From an uncultured delta proteobacterium (GTDB taxonomy: Bacteria; Desulfobacterota; Desulfomonilia; Desulfomonilales; Desulfomonilaceae): a stretch of DNA of 64,000 nt. Location: positions 93,711 through 157,710 of the forward strand of contig CAVUIT010000001.1 of the NCBI GenBank assembly GCA_963741625.1, given 5' to 3'. Shown here piece after piece: positions 1 through 10,066 of the stretch. Both the position numbers and the translations under genes were made by a program. How positions within the stretch are numbered: position 1 is the stretch's first letter; every line of letters starts with the position of its first letter. Below the pieces are notes generated by a model. It had not been told where the DNA came from and searched no databases. It was given only the letters and a program-made list of their open reading frames with translations.

Positions 1-1518
1 GGCCCCGGTCACAACAGCCACCTTGCCGTCAAAGCGGATCTCAGCCTCTTCGCCTTTCTCTGCTTCTTTTACGGGAAGCGGGATTGCTTTCCAAAAGTAG
101 CCGGTGAAGCCGCGTTCCTTGTCGGTGAGCCGCTTTCTGAATGAGAGCTTCACCGGTTGGCCCACTCGTACATCGGAAAGTTCGCAATCAGTGAAGTCGG
201 CCATGAATCGGCCGCCGCCTTCAAATTGCACCATGCCGTAGACAGCGGGAGGATCCACCGATACCGCCAGGAGATCTCCTGTGAAGCTCTTCACCGTCGC
301 AGGGACTTCCGCGAACTCATAGTCCTCCTGGGTGTACTTCCCGTGGCATGCCGGGTTCACACAGATGTCCATCTTTGGAAATTGCGGGGTCCCGCATTCC
401 GTGCATTTCCCGCCGACCATGCCCAGGATCATGTGGCGCTTCCGCCAGAGCACGGTCATTGCGGTTTGGGACGGAAATTCGGCACGAATCCCCATTTCTG
501 TCTGAATCAGGTCTCTGAACTTCAGGAATTTAGGATAATTGTCTACAACCTTCTTGTTCTCAAGAGACCCGGTAATGCCTGATCTTTTCTGAAGTTTCCG
601 TATGTTCTCGGTGACCTCAAAATAGAGGGCATCGCACCCCTGCCCGAATCCCGCGAGCAAAATCCGGTCGCCCGGCTTGGCTTGTTCAAGCGCCTGGACA
701 AACATGACAAGGGGATGGGCCGCGCCGGTTTCGCCGCAAACCTCATGAAGGTTGTCCGCCAACTTTTCCGAGCCTGCACCAAGCTTCTTGGCGATCTTTC
801 TATGTTCCGCCTTGAAAAAACAGGGGAAAACAAGTTTGTCCACATCGTCCATAGAGATTGAGAGCTTGTTGAACAGCCCGGCAACAGCCTCGGGTACGAT
901 CTTGGAGTACCCCTCGTCTCGGACCCAGCGTTCCTCCCACATGTAGTCGAATTTGTTCTTGTCGCCTCGAAAGTGATCCACGAAGTCGCAAGAAACTGAG
1001 TACGACCCCTTGAACTCCGCAATGACATCCCTGTCACCCACCAAAACAGACGCTGCGCCATCCCCGAACCACATTTCGTAGAAGTACGCGGCCTTGGCCT
1101 CTCTTTTGTCCGAAGCCGTGACCAGCACCTGCCTGGCATCACCGTGCCCGACGGTGGATAGCGCTGTGATCAGGCCGGTCGTGCCTGATTTGAGCGAGGA
1201 CGTTAAATCCTGCGCGATAATGTTGTCATTGAGGTTCAGGGCAGTCTTGACAACACCCGCATTCAAGCGGTCCGCAAACGGCAAAGTAGTGGAGCAGAGA
1301 TATATTGCATCTACTGCTTTCTTGTCTATCCCTTGAAGGCAGTCCTGGGACGCGGCCACGGCCATAGTAAGACTATCTTCATCCCAGTTACAGAATGATC
1401 GTTCACCCTGCGCAACCATGATGATGGCAGGTGCAAGCCAGCCCATACTCTGGAATATGCTCATGCGGTTGAGGCGCAGCCTTGGGATATAGCCGCCGTA
1501 TGAAGTGACGCCGATCAT
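1..1518 (-). CDS. Thiolase-fold HMG-CoA-synthase-like domain fused to a DUF35-type Zn-ribbon/OB-fold domain, running into an SDR Rossmann motif; 3' end lies beyond the window start
   Basis: Own translation from ATG 1518 (SD AGGAGA upstream): MIGVTSYGGYIPRLRLNRMSIFQ... Cys cluster GGKCTECGTPQFPKMDICVNPACHG. Last codons are IRFDGKVAVVTGA. The frame is open to position 1, which explains its absence from the ORF track. Confidence 0.75.
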   Translation of the reverse strand, partial: MIGVTSYGGYIPRLRLNRMSIFQSMGWLAPAIIMVAQGERSFCNWDEDSLTMAVAASQDCLQGIDKKAVDAIYLCSTTLPFADRLNAGVVKTALNLNDNIIAQDLTSSLKSGTTGLITALSTVGHGDARQVLVTASDKREAKAAYFYEMWFGDGAASVLVGDRDVIAEFKGSYSVSCDFVDHFRGDKNKFDYMWEERWVRDEGYSKIVPEAVAGLFNKLSISMDDVDKLVFPCFFKAEHRKIAKKLGAGSEKLADNLHEVCGETGAAHPLVMFVQALEQAKPGDRILLAGFGQGCDALYFEVTENIRKLQKRSGITGSLENKKVVDNYPKFLKFRDLIQTEMGIRAEFPSQTAMTVLWRKRHMILGMVGGKCTECGTPQFPKMDICVNPACHGKYTQEDYEFAEVPATVKSFTGDLLAVSVDPPAVYGMVQFEGGGRFMADFTDCELSDVRVGQPVKLSFRKRLTDKERGFTGYFWKAIPLPVKEAEKGEEAEIRFDGKVAVVTGA

Positions 1519-1539
1519 GGTTGGGTCTCCTGTCTTGGA

Positions 1540-2901
1540 TCAGAACCTGAACAGCTTCTCGATGAGCTGGGATTTCATGAGATCACCTTGGATTTTGAGC
1601 TTCCCGGAGGTGTAAGCCTGCATCGCGTTCAATTTGCGCTGCATGAGACTAAGGAAATCCTCAGCGGACATGAGAATGGTTGTAGTGGGGCTCGGATGTA
1701 CGCCCTCACCCGCCTCACAGCGCCCGTCTTTGACTGTCACATTCCAGTCGCCGCCGCCCGGCCCGGAAATCCGATACTGAAAGACAACATCTACCCCCGC
1801 TGCTTTGTCCGCCTGAAACGCCTCGGTGATGCGCTCAAACACGCTCTTAACGGTCATGCTTTGGGCCGGGGCCTGCTCTCCCTGTTTGGGAGCGAGAGCA
1901 TCCAGCATGGCTCCCAGTGCCATTGTTGCATTCTGTGATTCGACTGCGCCTTCCAGGGAGACTATCTTTTTGATGTTTTTTGCCACCTGTTCCGGAGTGG
2001 GGACCTGTTTGCCGTCACCGATGACCGTACCCGACCCGGTCAGGACTGCTGCTCGGCTGTAATAGCCCATCCCGGCGTTGTATATGGAGCCTGTAACCGG
2101 GCACTGCTCTGAACAGAGATATAGGACCAACGGGGCCACGAATTCGGGCTTCAGCTTTTCCTGAAGATCGGCCGGAAGGATGTCGTTGGTGAGACGTGTA
2201 GTGGCTACAGGAGCTATAGCGTTTACCTTGATGTTGTGCTTTTCTCCCTCGAGTTTGACGGTGTTCATCATTCCCACGAGAGCCATCTTCGCCGAGGAAT
2301 AGTTGGTCTGACCGAAATTGCCGTGCAGCCCGGCAGCGGAGGTGGTCACGATGATGCGGCCGTATCCCGTCTCCCGCATCTTCAAGAAGGCAGGGCGGCT
2401 AACGTTGTAAGCCCCATCAAGATGCACGGAAAGAACCGCGTCCCATTCAGTCGGCTCCATTTTGGCCAATGTCTTGTCCCTGAGTATCCCCGCGTTGTTG
2501 ATGAGAATGTCGACTCGACCGAAGACCTCGACGGCCTTGTTCACTATGGCTTCACCACCCTCGGGCGTGGCCACGGAATCGTAACTCGCGACGGCTTCGC
2601 CGCCGAGCGCTTTAATCTCCTCCACAACCTTGTCCGCTGGACTGGTAGCGCCTTGACCTGACCCGTCCCTTGCCCCTCCCAGGTCATTGACCACCACTTT
2701 GGCGCCGCGTTTCGCCAACTCAAGGGCGTATAGCCGGCCGAGCCCCGCGCCTGCCCCTGTGACGATGGCCACTCTGTCATCGAACCGAATGCCCTTCCGC
2801 CGCGAGCGCTTGTCCATCTCTTCTTGGCTGAGCCATTCCACGATGCCCCGATCTATGACCACTTCCCCGGTCTGCGCCGCTGATGGTCCTAAAGAGAGCA
2901 C
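1540..2901 (-). CDS. Short-chain dehydrogenase (MFE-2-type 3-hydroxyacyl-CoA dehydrogenase) with C-terminal SCP2 sterol-carrier domain
   Basis: Rossmann motif VAIVTGAGAGLG, catalytic YSSAK, SCP2-like tail YTSGKLKIQGDLMKSQLIEKLF. The first ~20 codons (AAQTGEVVIDRGIVEW) look like the end of the upstream hydratase fold. Confidence 0.85.
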   Translation of the reverse strand: MLSLGPSAAQTGEVVIDRGIVEWLSQEEMDKRSRRKGIRFDDRVAIVTGAGAGLGRLYALELAKRGAKVVVNDLGGARDGSGQGATSPADKVVEEIKALGGEAVASYDSVATPEGGEAIVNKAVEVFGRVDILINNAGILRDKTLAKMEPTEWDAVLSVHLDGAYNVSRPAFLKMRETGYGRIIVTTSAAGLHGNFGQTNYSSAKMALVGMMNTVKLEGEKHNIKVNAIAPVATTRLTNDILPADLQEKLKPEFVAPLVLYLCSEQCPVTGSIYNAGMGYYSRAAVLTGSGTVIGDGKQVPTPEQVAKNIKKIVSLEGAVESQNATMALGAMLDALAPKQGEQAPAQSMTVKSVFERITEAFQADKAAGVDVVFQYRISGPGGGDWNVTVKDGRCEAGEGVHPSPTTTILMSAEDFLSLMQRKLNAMQAYTSGKLKIQGDLMKSQLIEKLFRF

Positions 2902-3664
2902 GGCCTTCGTCGACCTTCCAGATCTGGGTCTTGATGGGCGTGCCTGGATAGATCGTGCGAGAAAATCGATTCCGGAATCGCGTCATGCGCTCCGGCTCAC
3001 CGGGGAAGAGTTTTTTGATCACCGCACGGCAAGCATAACCGTGCGTACACAGCCCATGCATGATCGGCTTTTCGAACCCGCTTGCCCGAGCAAAATCCGG
3101 GTCCACGTGTAGCGCGAATATGTCGCCTGAAAGACGATACAGAAGGGGTTGATCAGGTGAAGGGACTTCTTCTTCCTCGAAATCGGGTGCACGATCGGGG
3201 AATTCCACCGGGTCTTTCGGAGCGTCCGGACCGCCGAAGCCGCCGTCACGTCGGCAGAATAGCGTGAAAATGTTCGTGAAGAGCTTTTGACCGTTGGAGT
3301 GGTAGGTTTCGGCCTCAGCCACCACCAGCGCCCCTTTGTCCGCGCCCTTATCGTAAATGTGCGTGATCGCGCCTTCGGTCGACAGACGTCCTTCGGTGGG
3401 TATGGGATTGTGGAAGATAATGTCCTGTTCACCGTGTAGTATACCGGCTAAGTCCGCGTTCGAACTGAGCCCCACCTGGGCGAGGAAGTCAAAGACCGCG
3501 CCGATGGAGAAGCTGGGGACTACCTTCAGCCGGGTTTCGTAGCAGTAATCCAGGTCATCAAAGCCCGCCCCTACGCCCAGGGCGTAAAGGACCACGTCTT
3601 TCCAGTCATAGTCCTTGGTTACGGGGCCGATTTTCTTCCCGATGCTGTCGAGGTTTAGGGCCAT
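2777..3664 (-). CDS. MaoC-like double hot-dog (R)-specific enoyl-CoA hydratase; 3' end out of frame, probably the N-terminal part of a hydratase-SDR-SCP2 fusion
   Basis: 295-aa ORF with YRLSGDIFALHVDPDFA and PIMHGLCT motifs. The last ~35 aa are Arg/Gly-rich nonsense after a frame change near 2875-2885. Confidence 0.85.
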   Translation of the reverse strand: MALNLDSIGKKIGPVTKDYDWKDVVLYALGVGAGFDDLDYCYETRLKVVPSFSIGAVFDFLAQVGLSSNADLAGILHGEQDIIFHNPIPTEGRLSTEGAITHIYDKGADKGALVVAEAETYHSNGQKLFTNIFTLFCRRDGGFGGPDAPKDPVEFPDRAPDFEEEEVPSPDQPLLYRLSGDIFALHVDPDFARASGFEKPIMHGLCTHGYACRAVIKKLFPGEPERMTRFRNRFSRTIYPGTPIKTQIWKVDEGRALFRTISGADRGSGHRSGHRGMAQPRRDGQALAAEGHSVR

Positions 3665-3797
3665 CGAGTCCCTCCGTTACGGCTGAATTCTCGGTAAAGA
3701 CGGCAAGCTTGGGGGAATCTTCTTTGCGTAATGGATTTTTTTTTGCTCCGTTGAAGGCGGATTCGCCCCTACCCTATCCGGTAGCTCCTCAAGAAAC

Positions 3798-4512
3798 TCA
3801 GAGGCCCTGCTCGTTCTTCCGCACTGTCTCGGGCCGCGTCCCGGTGAACGCGGGCAAAAGGATGAACTTCAGAGTCTCTTTCACCATGGGAATGTATTCC
3901 TCCCTTGAGATCTTAAGCATGGAGCGGAAAAAGTTCTCACCCGACACGAAGTTGTGGATAGAGTTCATCAGCGCGTGGACTTGCATCCTGACGCGGTCCG
4001 GGAACATTCCTCTTGTCTCTGCAAAGGCCCATGGAGCGGGCGATGCCGGAAACGACTTCCGGTACATGAAAATCGAGGATCGATTCGTCTCTGGTCTTTC
4101 CAAAGTAGCGGAAGAGTATCAGGTTGGATATTTCGGGGTGCTCGAAGAGGTAATCGGTCATAAGATCAAGTGAGATTGCCAATCTCTCGGCTGCGGGGAG
4201 GCCGTGAATTATATTTTCCACTTCCAGCAACTTCTGCCGGAGGTCCTCGTTCATATCCAGGATGACCGCTTCGTATAGATCGCCCTTTTCACCCCAGTGA
4301 TAGTAGAGGGTGGAGATGTCGATCCCGACTTCTTCCGCGATCATGCGGGTAGTCGCTCCGTGAAAGCCGTATTCCCCGAAGATGCGTCGAGCCTTTGACA
4401 GTATTCTCCCCTTCATGGAATCGGGGTCTTTTCGGGCCTTTTCGAGGGGTGACACCATCGGATTATTCCAGTCAAGTCTTCCATCAATTGATGGAAACCA
4501 TGAACCAGGCAA
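3798..4512 (-). CDS. TetR/AcrR-family regulator, split by one frameshift (~4020-4030)
   Basis: ORFs 3937..4512 (HTH ARRIFGEYGFHGATTRMIAEEVGIDISTLYYHW) and 3798..4103 overlap in different frames. Start is TTG 4512 or ATG 4458. Confidence 0.7.
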
Positions 4513-4542
4513 AGAATGAAGTCAAGAGGAAATTGGTGACCC

Positions 4543-5425
4543 TTACACCCGCTCCTTGAACTCGACTCCCAACAACCCTTCCGGTCGAAGCAGGAGCACG
4601 ATAATGATCAACAGGAACGCGAAGGTATTCTTGAACGCAATGGAGACAAATCCGCCGGCCCAGGCTTCGGCAACGCCAAGGATGAGGCCGCCGACAATGG
4701 CTCCGGGGAGGCTGTTAAGACCACCAAGAATCGCAGCGGCAAAACCTTTGAGAAACGGCTCCAGCATGAAAAAAGGATCGAGGAATAGGACAGGGGCCAG
4801 AAAAAGCCCTGCCAGCACCCCGAGGAGAGAAGCGAGCCCCCAGGAAAGGGCCAGCACCATTCTCGTGGGTATGCCAAGGGTTTGGGCAGCGGGGAGGTTT
4901 TCGGAAGTGGCTCGCATGGCCAGGCCGAGCCGTGTCTTCTGAATGAGAAGATAGAATATGAAGCAACTGAAGAGACTGATGGCAAGCGTCCCGAGGCTCA
5001 ACTGACTTATGGTTATCGAGCCGAGGGTATAGATCTTGAATTCGGACAATGGGAAAGGAAACGCCTGCGGTTCGGTCACCGCCTGTATAGGAAACCACTC
5101 CCTGGATGATCAGGCCCAGTCCGAGAGTGAGAATGATCTGCCCGAGTTGCGTAGCGTCACGGCGTTGGGCAGGCACAAGGACACAGAAATAGAACGCCAT
5201 GGCCAGACCTGCGCCAAACAAAAGAGCCAGAACAGCCGCGACCGCGAAAGGGACCTTCATCCCGATCAGAGTGAAAGCCACTAAAGTCCCGATAGTTGTG
5301 ATATCACCGTGAGCGAAGTTCAGGATGCGGGTCGAACGATAGATCAATGCCAGCCCGAGGGCCACAAGAGAGTAGATACCACCCGTGGACAATCCCGAAA
5401 CGGTGTATTGCAGAAACTGTTCCAT
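4543..5425 (-). CDS. livH: Branched-chain amino acid ABC transporter permease LivH, split by one frameshift (~5075-5082)
   Basis: MEQFLQYTVSGLSTGGIYSLVALGLALIY... continues in ORF 4543..5079 (TEPQAFPFPL...LLRPEGLLG). SD AAGGAAG lies before ATG 5425. Confidence 0.8.
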
Positions 5426-5448
5426 ATATGCTTCCTTTTGCGGGAGGA

Positions 5449-6441
5449 TTACCTGAGAGGCCAGTTGCGCAAATAGAGTCGCATCTTCATCCACCTGCCA
5501 GCGAGTCCTTGCGGCTCGAAAATCAGGACCACGAGTATCGTCACCCCGAACACTACGGGGACCAACTCCTTATAAGAGCTGAAGAGCTGGGGCATCAGAA
5601 TAACGAAGGCTGCACCCATTATAGCGCCCTCCACCGAGGCCAGTCCTCCGATGATGACCGCCACGAACAGGGTTACGGACTCCGTGAACGTGAACATATT
5701 GGGTTCCAGATACCCTATGAAAAGAGCATACAGCCCACCCTGAATTCCGGTGAAGAACGAGCTGATGGCGAACGAGAGCAGTTTATAACGCGTGAGATTC
5801 ACGCCGATCACTTCCGCGGCGATGTCGTTATCCCGGATCGCAATAAAGGCCCGGCCCATATATGACGAAATGATGTTGTATGCCACGAGGGCAAAGATTA
5901 AAGCGATGATTAAGTTGAAATAATAGTTGAAGCTGATCTTCGACAGACCCAGTATCGGCGTCATCTTGGGGATGGTGAGTCCCATTCGCCCGCCGGAGAG
6001 CAGCTCGGAATTGGCAAAGATCTGGTACACCGCGATGCCGAATCCCATCGTGGCAATTGCCAGATAAGGCCCTTTCAGCCGAAGAGAAGGAAAACCGACA
6101 ATAATCCCGAAGAGCCCTGCGGTCATACCCGCACAAAGGAGCGTCACCGGCCAAGGCATACCAAACCTGGCCAGATGCCCGAAAGTATACGCTCCGATGG
6201 CCAGAAACCCGGCCTGACCGAAAGAGATCTGGCCCGTGTACCCGATAAGTAGATTCTGACCTATGGCGCCGATGGCGTAAATGCAGATGATGGTTGCAAT
6301 GTATGTCACGTGTTCGGGCACATACTGTCGCGGGAACCACGGGAGGAGGAACAGCGCCACAACCAGCGCACCGACCCACACGCGGGTCCAAGGTTTCCGG
6401 ATAAGTTGCAGCTCTTCTCGATAACTTTCAATCAGGTCCAT
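5449..6441 (-). CDS. livM: Branched-chain amino acid ABC transporter permease LivM
   Basis: 330-aa multi-TM ORF with GQNLLIGYTGQISFGQAGFLAIGAY signature. Confidence 0.85.
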   Translation of the reverse strand: MDLIESYREELQLIRKPWTRVWVGALVVALFLLPWFPRQYVPEHVTYIATIICIYAIGAIGQNLLIGYTGQISFGQAGFLAIGAYTFGHLARFGMPWPVTLLCAGMTAGLFGIIVGFPSLRLKGPYLAIATMGFGIAVYQIFANSELLSGGRMGLTIPKMTPILGLSKISFNYYFNLIIALIFALVAYNIISSYMGRAFIAIRDNDIAAEVIGVNLTRYKLLSFAISSFFTGIQGGLYALFIGYLEPNMFTFTESVTLFVAVIIGGLASVEGAIMGAAFVILMPQLFSSYKELVPVVFGVTILVVLIFEPQGLAGRWMKMRLYLRNWPLR

Positions 6442-6450
6442 GCTTCAGGC

Positions 6451-8251
6451 TCATTTCCGATACAGGGAGTCGATGAGGTCTGCGTAGCGTTTCTCAAGGA
6501 AACGCCTCTTCACTTTCTTCGTAGGCGTTACGTCTCCGTCTTCTTCATAGAAGCGCCTGGGGAGCAGCGCGAATTTCTTGATGCTCTCCACCTGGGAAAG
6601 TGTCTTGTTGACCTTGGCAACTTCCTGGTCGATTAACTTGATGATTTCCGGATTGCGGGTCAGGTCGGCAAACGTGGTAAACGGGACTCGGTTGTCCTGG
6701 GCAAACTTGGTAACGTTGTCTTCGTCGATGAGAACAAGGGCAACGAGAAACTTTCTCCCTTCTCCGATGACAACCGCATCTTGGATGTACGAGCTGAATT
6801 TCAACTTGTTTTCTATGAAGGCCGGAGTGATGTTCTTACCTCCAGCGGTGATTAGAATATCCTTCTTCCGATCCAGGATTTTGAGAAATCCGTCGTCCAG
6901 AGAGCCCACATCACCTGTGTGAAGCCATCCGTCCTTGATCGTCTCCGCGGTCAGCTCCGGTTCCTTGAAGTAACCCTTGAAGACCGGCCCGCCTTTAACC
7001 AGGACCTCCCCGTCCTCGGCAATTTTGATCTCCATACCGTCTATCGGCTCGCCCACATATCCCCAACGGGGACGGTCGATGCGCTGAATTGCGATCACTC
7101 CCGTGCTCTCGGTCTGCCCGTAGCCCTCTCTTAACGGGATACCCAGAGCGTTATAGTATTCGAAGAGTTCGGGCGACGCGGGTGCGGCCGCGCATACGGC
7201 CCATCGTATCCTTTCGAAGCCAAGTTGCCGCTTCAGATGGCAGAGGACCAGCCAGTACATCGGCCAATAGAGGAGCGCCCATTGGATTCGTTCCGAGCTG
7301 CCTTGCCGAGTCCTCACGTACCGCATACCGACTGCAACCGCCGCGCGATAAAGACTCTTTTTCAAGAAAGTCGAGTCGGACATGCGAATCTCGATCATGG
7401 AACCGAATTTCTCCCAGATACGCGGCACGCTGGCAAAGATTGTGGGGGATACTTCCCGGAGATTCTGCGGCAGCGTATCCATGCTCTCCACAAAATTCAC
7501 GGTGCCTCCAGACCAGACCGCCTGGAAGAGGGAGATCAGGTTTTCGTAAATGTGGGCCAAGGGCAGGTACGAGACCATCTCATCCCACTCGTGCGCCTGG
7601 TTGGCCGCCATGAAGGATTCAGTCACCGTCAATATATTGTGATGCGTGATCATGGCACCTTTGGGCCGACCGGTGGTTCCCGAAGTGTAGATAATCATGG
7701 CCGTGTCGTCCGGTTGAATTGCCGCGATCCGCCTGTTGACGATCTCCGGGTCTTCTTTGAGCTTTTCGCGTGCTTGCCGTACGAACTCGTCGAAAAACAT
7801 GAGCTTGGGATGAGTAAAACCCCACAACCCTTTGGGGTCCCAGATCACGACCTGAGCCAAGTCCAAGTCGGGTAGGATTTGCAGGACTTTGTCCACCTGT
7901 TCCTCGTTCTCAACGAACAGGATTTTGGACTCGGAATGTCCCACCACGTACGCGACCTGTTCCGCAGCCGAGGTTGGATACACTCCGCACGTCACCCCTC
8001 CTGCGGACATGGCCGCAAGGTGGCAGATCAGCCACTCTGGCCGATTATCTCCCAAAATGGCTACACGGTTCCCCGGCTCAAGCCCCAGAGCGATAAGGCC
8101 CGCAGCCACTTCCTGCACCTGCTTCCCGTACTGGCTCCAGGAGATTCGTTTCCAAATGCCTGTACTCTTTGTGCCTGAGCGCAACCCGATCTTTTCGGCG
8201 CTCAACCTGCTTGAAGAATAGTTCCGGAAAACTGACAGGTGCGGCCGGCAT
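6451..8251 (-). CDS. AMP-forming long-chain acyl-CoA ligase (FadD-like); N-terminus displaced by a frameshift (~8158-8165)
   Basis: IIYTSGTTGRPKGAMITHHN AMP-binding motif. Upstream frame from ATG 8251 (SD GGAG) reads MPAAPVSFPELFFKQVERRKDRVALRHKEY and rejoins GIWKRISWSQY. Confidence 0.8.
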
Positions 8252-8270
8252 TACCATCTCCTCTTCTCCT

Positions 8271-8370
8271 GTTTTGCAAGGGCACGGTCCCGCGTTTCGC
8301 GGGATGCCCCTACGGGCGGAAGCATCTGGGGGGTAGGGGCGGGTTTAAAACCCGTCCCTCCTTGCCCTGT
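8271..8370. repeat. REP-like palindromic insertion bracketed by a ~30-bp direct duplication of the livF-stop / ligase-RBS junction
   Basis: Hairpins GGTCCCGCG-ttt-CGCGGGA and GGGGCGGGTTTAAAACCCGTCCC. Flanks 8239-8270 and 8371-8403 share TGCGGCCG..ATTACCATCTCCT. Confidence 0.6.
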
Positions 8371-8385
8371 CCTGCGGCCGCTGAA

Positions 8386-9183
8386 TTACCATCTCCTTCT
8401 TTTCTTATAGAGCCGCCACCCTTTTGGAGAAGCCGCGGCCTCTCCACCCAGGCCCAGGTACAGCTCCTGAACGTCTTCGTTTTCCGATAGCTCCTTGGAA
8501 GTGCCTTCCAGGACGATTCGTCCGGCCTCCATTATGTATCCGTAATTGGCAATACTCAGAGCCAAACGAGCATTCTGCTCGACGAGCAGGATGGTTGTCC
8601 CGGCCTGGCTGATCTTGACCAGAGCGTCATAGACGACGCGGGCTACCATTGGCGCGAGCCCGAGGGACGGTTCATCCAGCATCAGAAGCTTGGGTCTGCG
8701 CAGCATAGCTCTTGCCATAGCCAGCATTTGCTGCTCCCCGCCGGAAAGCGTTTCGGACTGCTGATTTCCACGGCCTTTCAGAATGGGAAATAGTTCGTAC
8801 ACGTTTTGAAGATCATCCTGAATGGCATTGTCCCTCCGGCCCCAACAGCCCAGTTCCAAGTTTTCCCTCACGGTTAGCTCTCGGAACAGGCCCCTGTCCT
8901 CCGGCACGTACACGATTCCGAGGGAGGCGATGCGCTCCGGGGCAACCCTGTGAATGCGCCGGCCCGCGAATTCGATGGTCCCTTTCTTCGGCTGATCTTT
9001 GAGCAAGCCTGCTATGGTCTTGAGCAGCGTTGTTTTCCCCGCGCCGTTGGGACCGAGGACCGCAAAGATCTCCTTTTCCTTCACTTGCAGGGACAGGCCG
9101 TGGAGAGCGTAAATTCGGTCAAAGTAGAGCGTTTCAATGCTGGCGATTTTGAGGAGAGGTGTCGTGGTCTGGTCACCCGGCAT
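8386..9183 (-). CDS. livF: Branched-chain amino acid ABC transporter ATPase LivF
   Basis: Walker A GPNGAGKTT, signature LSGGEQQML, ATG at 9183. A ~20-aa C-terminal extension reads into the duplicated junction sequence. Confidence 0.85.
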   Translation of the reverse strand: MPGDQTTTPLLKIASIETLYFDRIYALHGLSLQVKEKEIFAVLGPNGAGKTTLLKTIAGLLKDQPKKGTIEFAGRRIHRVAPERIASLGIVYVPEDRGLFRELTVRENLELGCWGRRDNAIQDDLQNVYELFPILKGRGNQQSETLSGGEQQMLAMARAMLRRPKLLMLDEPSLGLAPMVARVVYDALVKISQAGTTILLVEQNARLALSIANYGYIMEAGRIVLEGTSKELSENEDVQELYLGLGGEAAASPKGWRLYKKRRRW

Positions 9184-9251
9184 GAAATGATTCCTTTGCT
9201 GAGGCTGGCTTGGAGGAACTTCAGACCGTAGGAGAATTCGGAAGAGTAGCC

Positions 9252-9283
9252 GGGGAAGACCTTTTTGCAAAAAGGTCCTCCCC
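9252..9283. repeat. Intergenic palindrome (REP-like)
   Basis: GGGGAAGACCTTTTTGCAAAAAGGTCCTCCCC between livG and livF. Confidence 0.5.
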
Positions 9284-9311
9284 GGACCCCTCCCCAAAAA
9301 CTCCTAATTCT

Positions 9312-10064
9312 TTACTGGTCGCCCAAATATGCCCGGATCACCTCCGGGTGACGTTGCACTTCCGCAGGAGTCCCCTGGGCGATTTCAAGTCCCGACTCAA
9401 AGGCCACCATGCGGTCCGCTAAGCGTGAGGCAATGCGGAGGTCGTGCTCCACCAGTAGGATCGAGGTCTTGAATCTGCCCCTGATCTCCATGATGCGATA
9501 GGCTGCTTCTTCCTTTTCTTCCGAAGTCAAGCCCGCGATCGGCTCATCCAAGAGTAGCAGGCTCGGTTCAAGAGCAAGGGCCCGGCCAAGCTCCACTCTC
9601 TTCTGGACCCCGTAAGGACAGTCCCCCACTCGGACGTGGCGGTAAGCCTGCAGGTCCAGGAAGTCTATGATTTCCTCTACGACTTCCCGATGCCGCAACT
9701 CCTCTTTCCTAATCCTGAAGAATGCGTGCAGAGGGTTTCTGCGGAACTTCGCATGGCGGCCCAGCATGAGGTTGTCCAGGACATCCATGTGCATGAACAG
9801 CCGCAGGTTTTGAAAAGTCCGCGCAATGCCTTTGCATGCTATGGCGTCGGGAGAGAGCCCAACGAGGCTCTCTCCCTTGAACAGCACCTCGCCGAACGTG
9901 GGCTGATACACGCCTGAGATACAATTAAACAGCGTGGTTTTACCTGACCCGTTGGGTCCTATGACGGTCAGGAGCTCATTCTCTTCGATGTGGAAATCTA
10001 TACCCGCAAGGGCTTGAATCCCGCCGAAGCTTATGAACAGCTTGTTGACTCTAAGGAGATCCAT
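9312..10064 (-). CDS. livG: Branched-chain amino acid ABC transporter ATPase LivG
   Basis: Walker A GPNGSGKTT, LLLLDEP Walker B, 250 aa. Confidence 0.85.
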   Translation of the reverse strand: MDLLRVNKLFISFGGIQALAGIDFHIEENELLTVIGPNGSGKTTLFNCISGVYQPTFGEVLFKGESLVGLSPDAIACKGIARTFQNLRLFMHMDVLDNLMLGRHAKFRRNPLHAFFRIRKEELRHREVVEEIIDFLDLQAYRHVRVGDCPYGVQKRVELGRALALEPSLLLLDEPIAGLTSEEKEEAAYRIMEIRGRFKTSILLVEHDLRIASRLADRMVAFESGLEIAQGTPAEVQRHPEVIRAYLGDQ

Positions 10065-10066
10065 TC

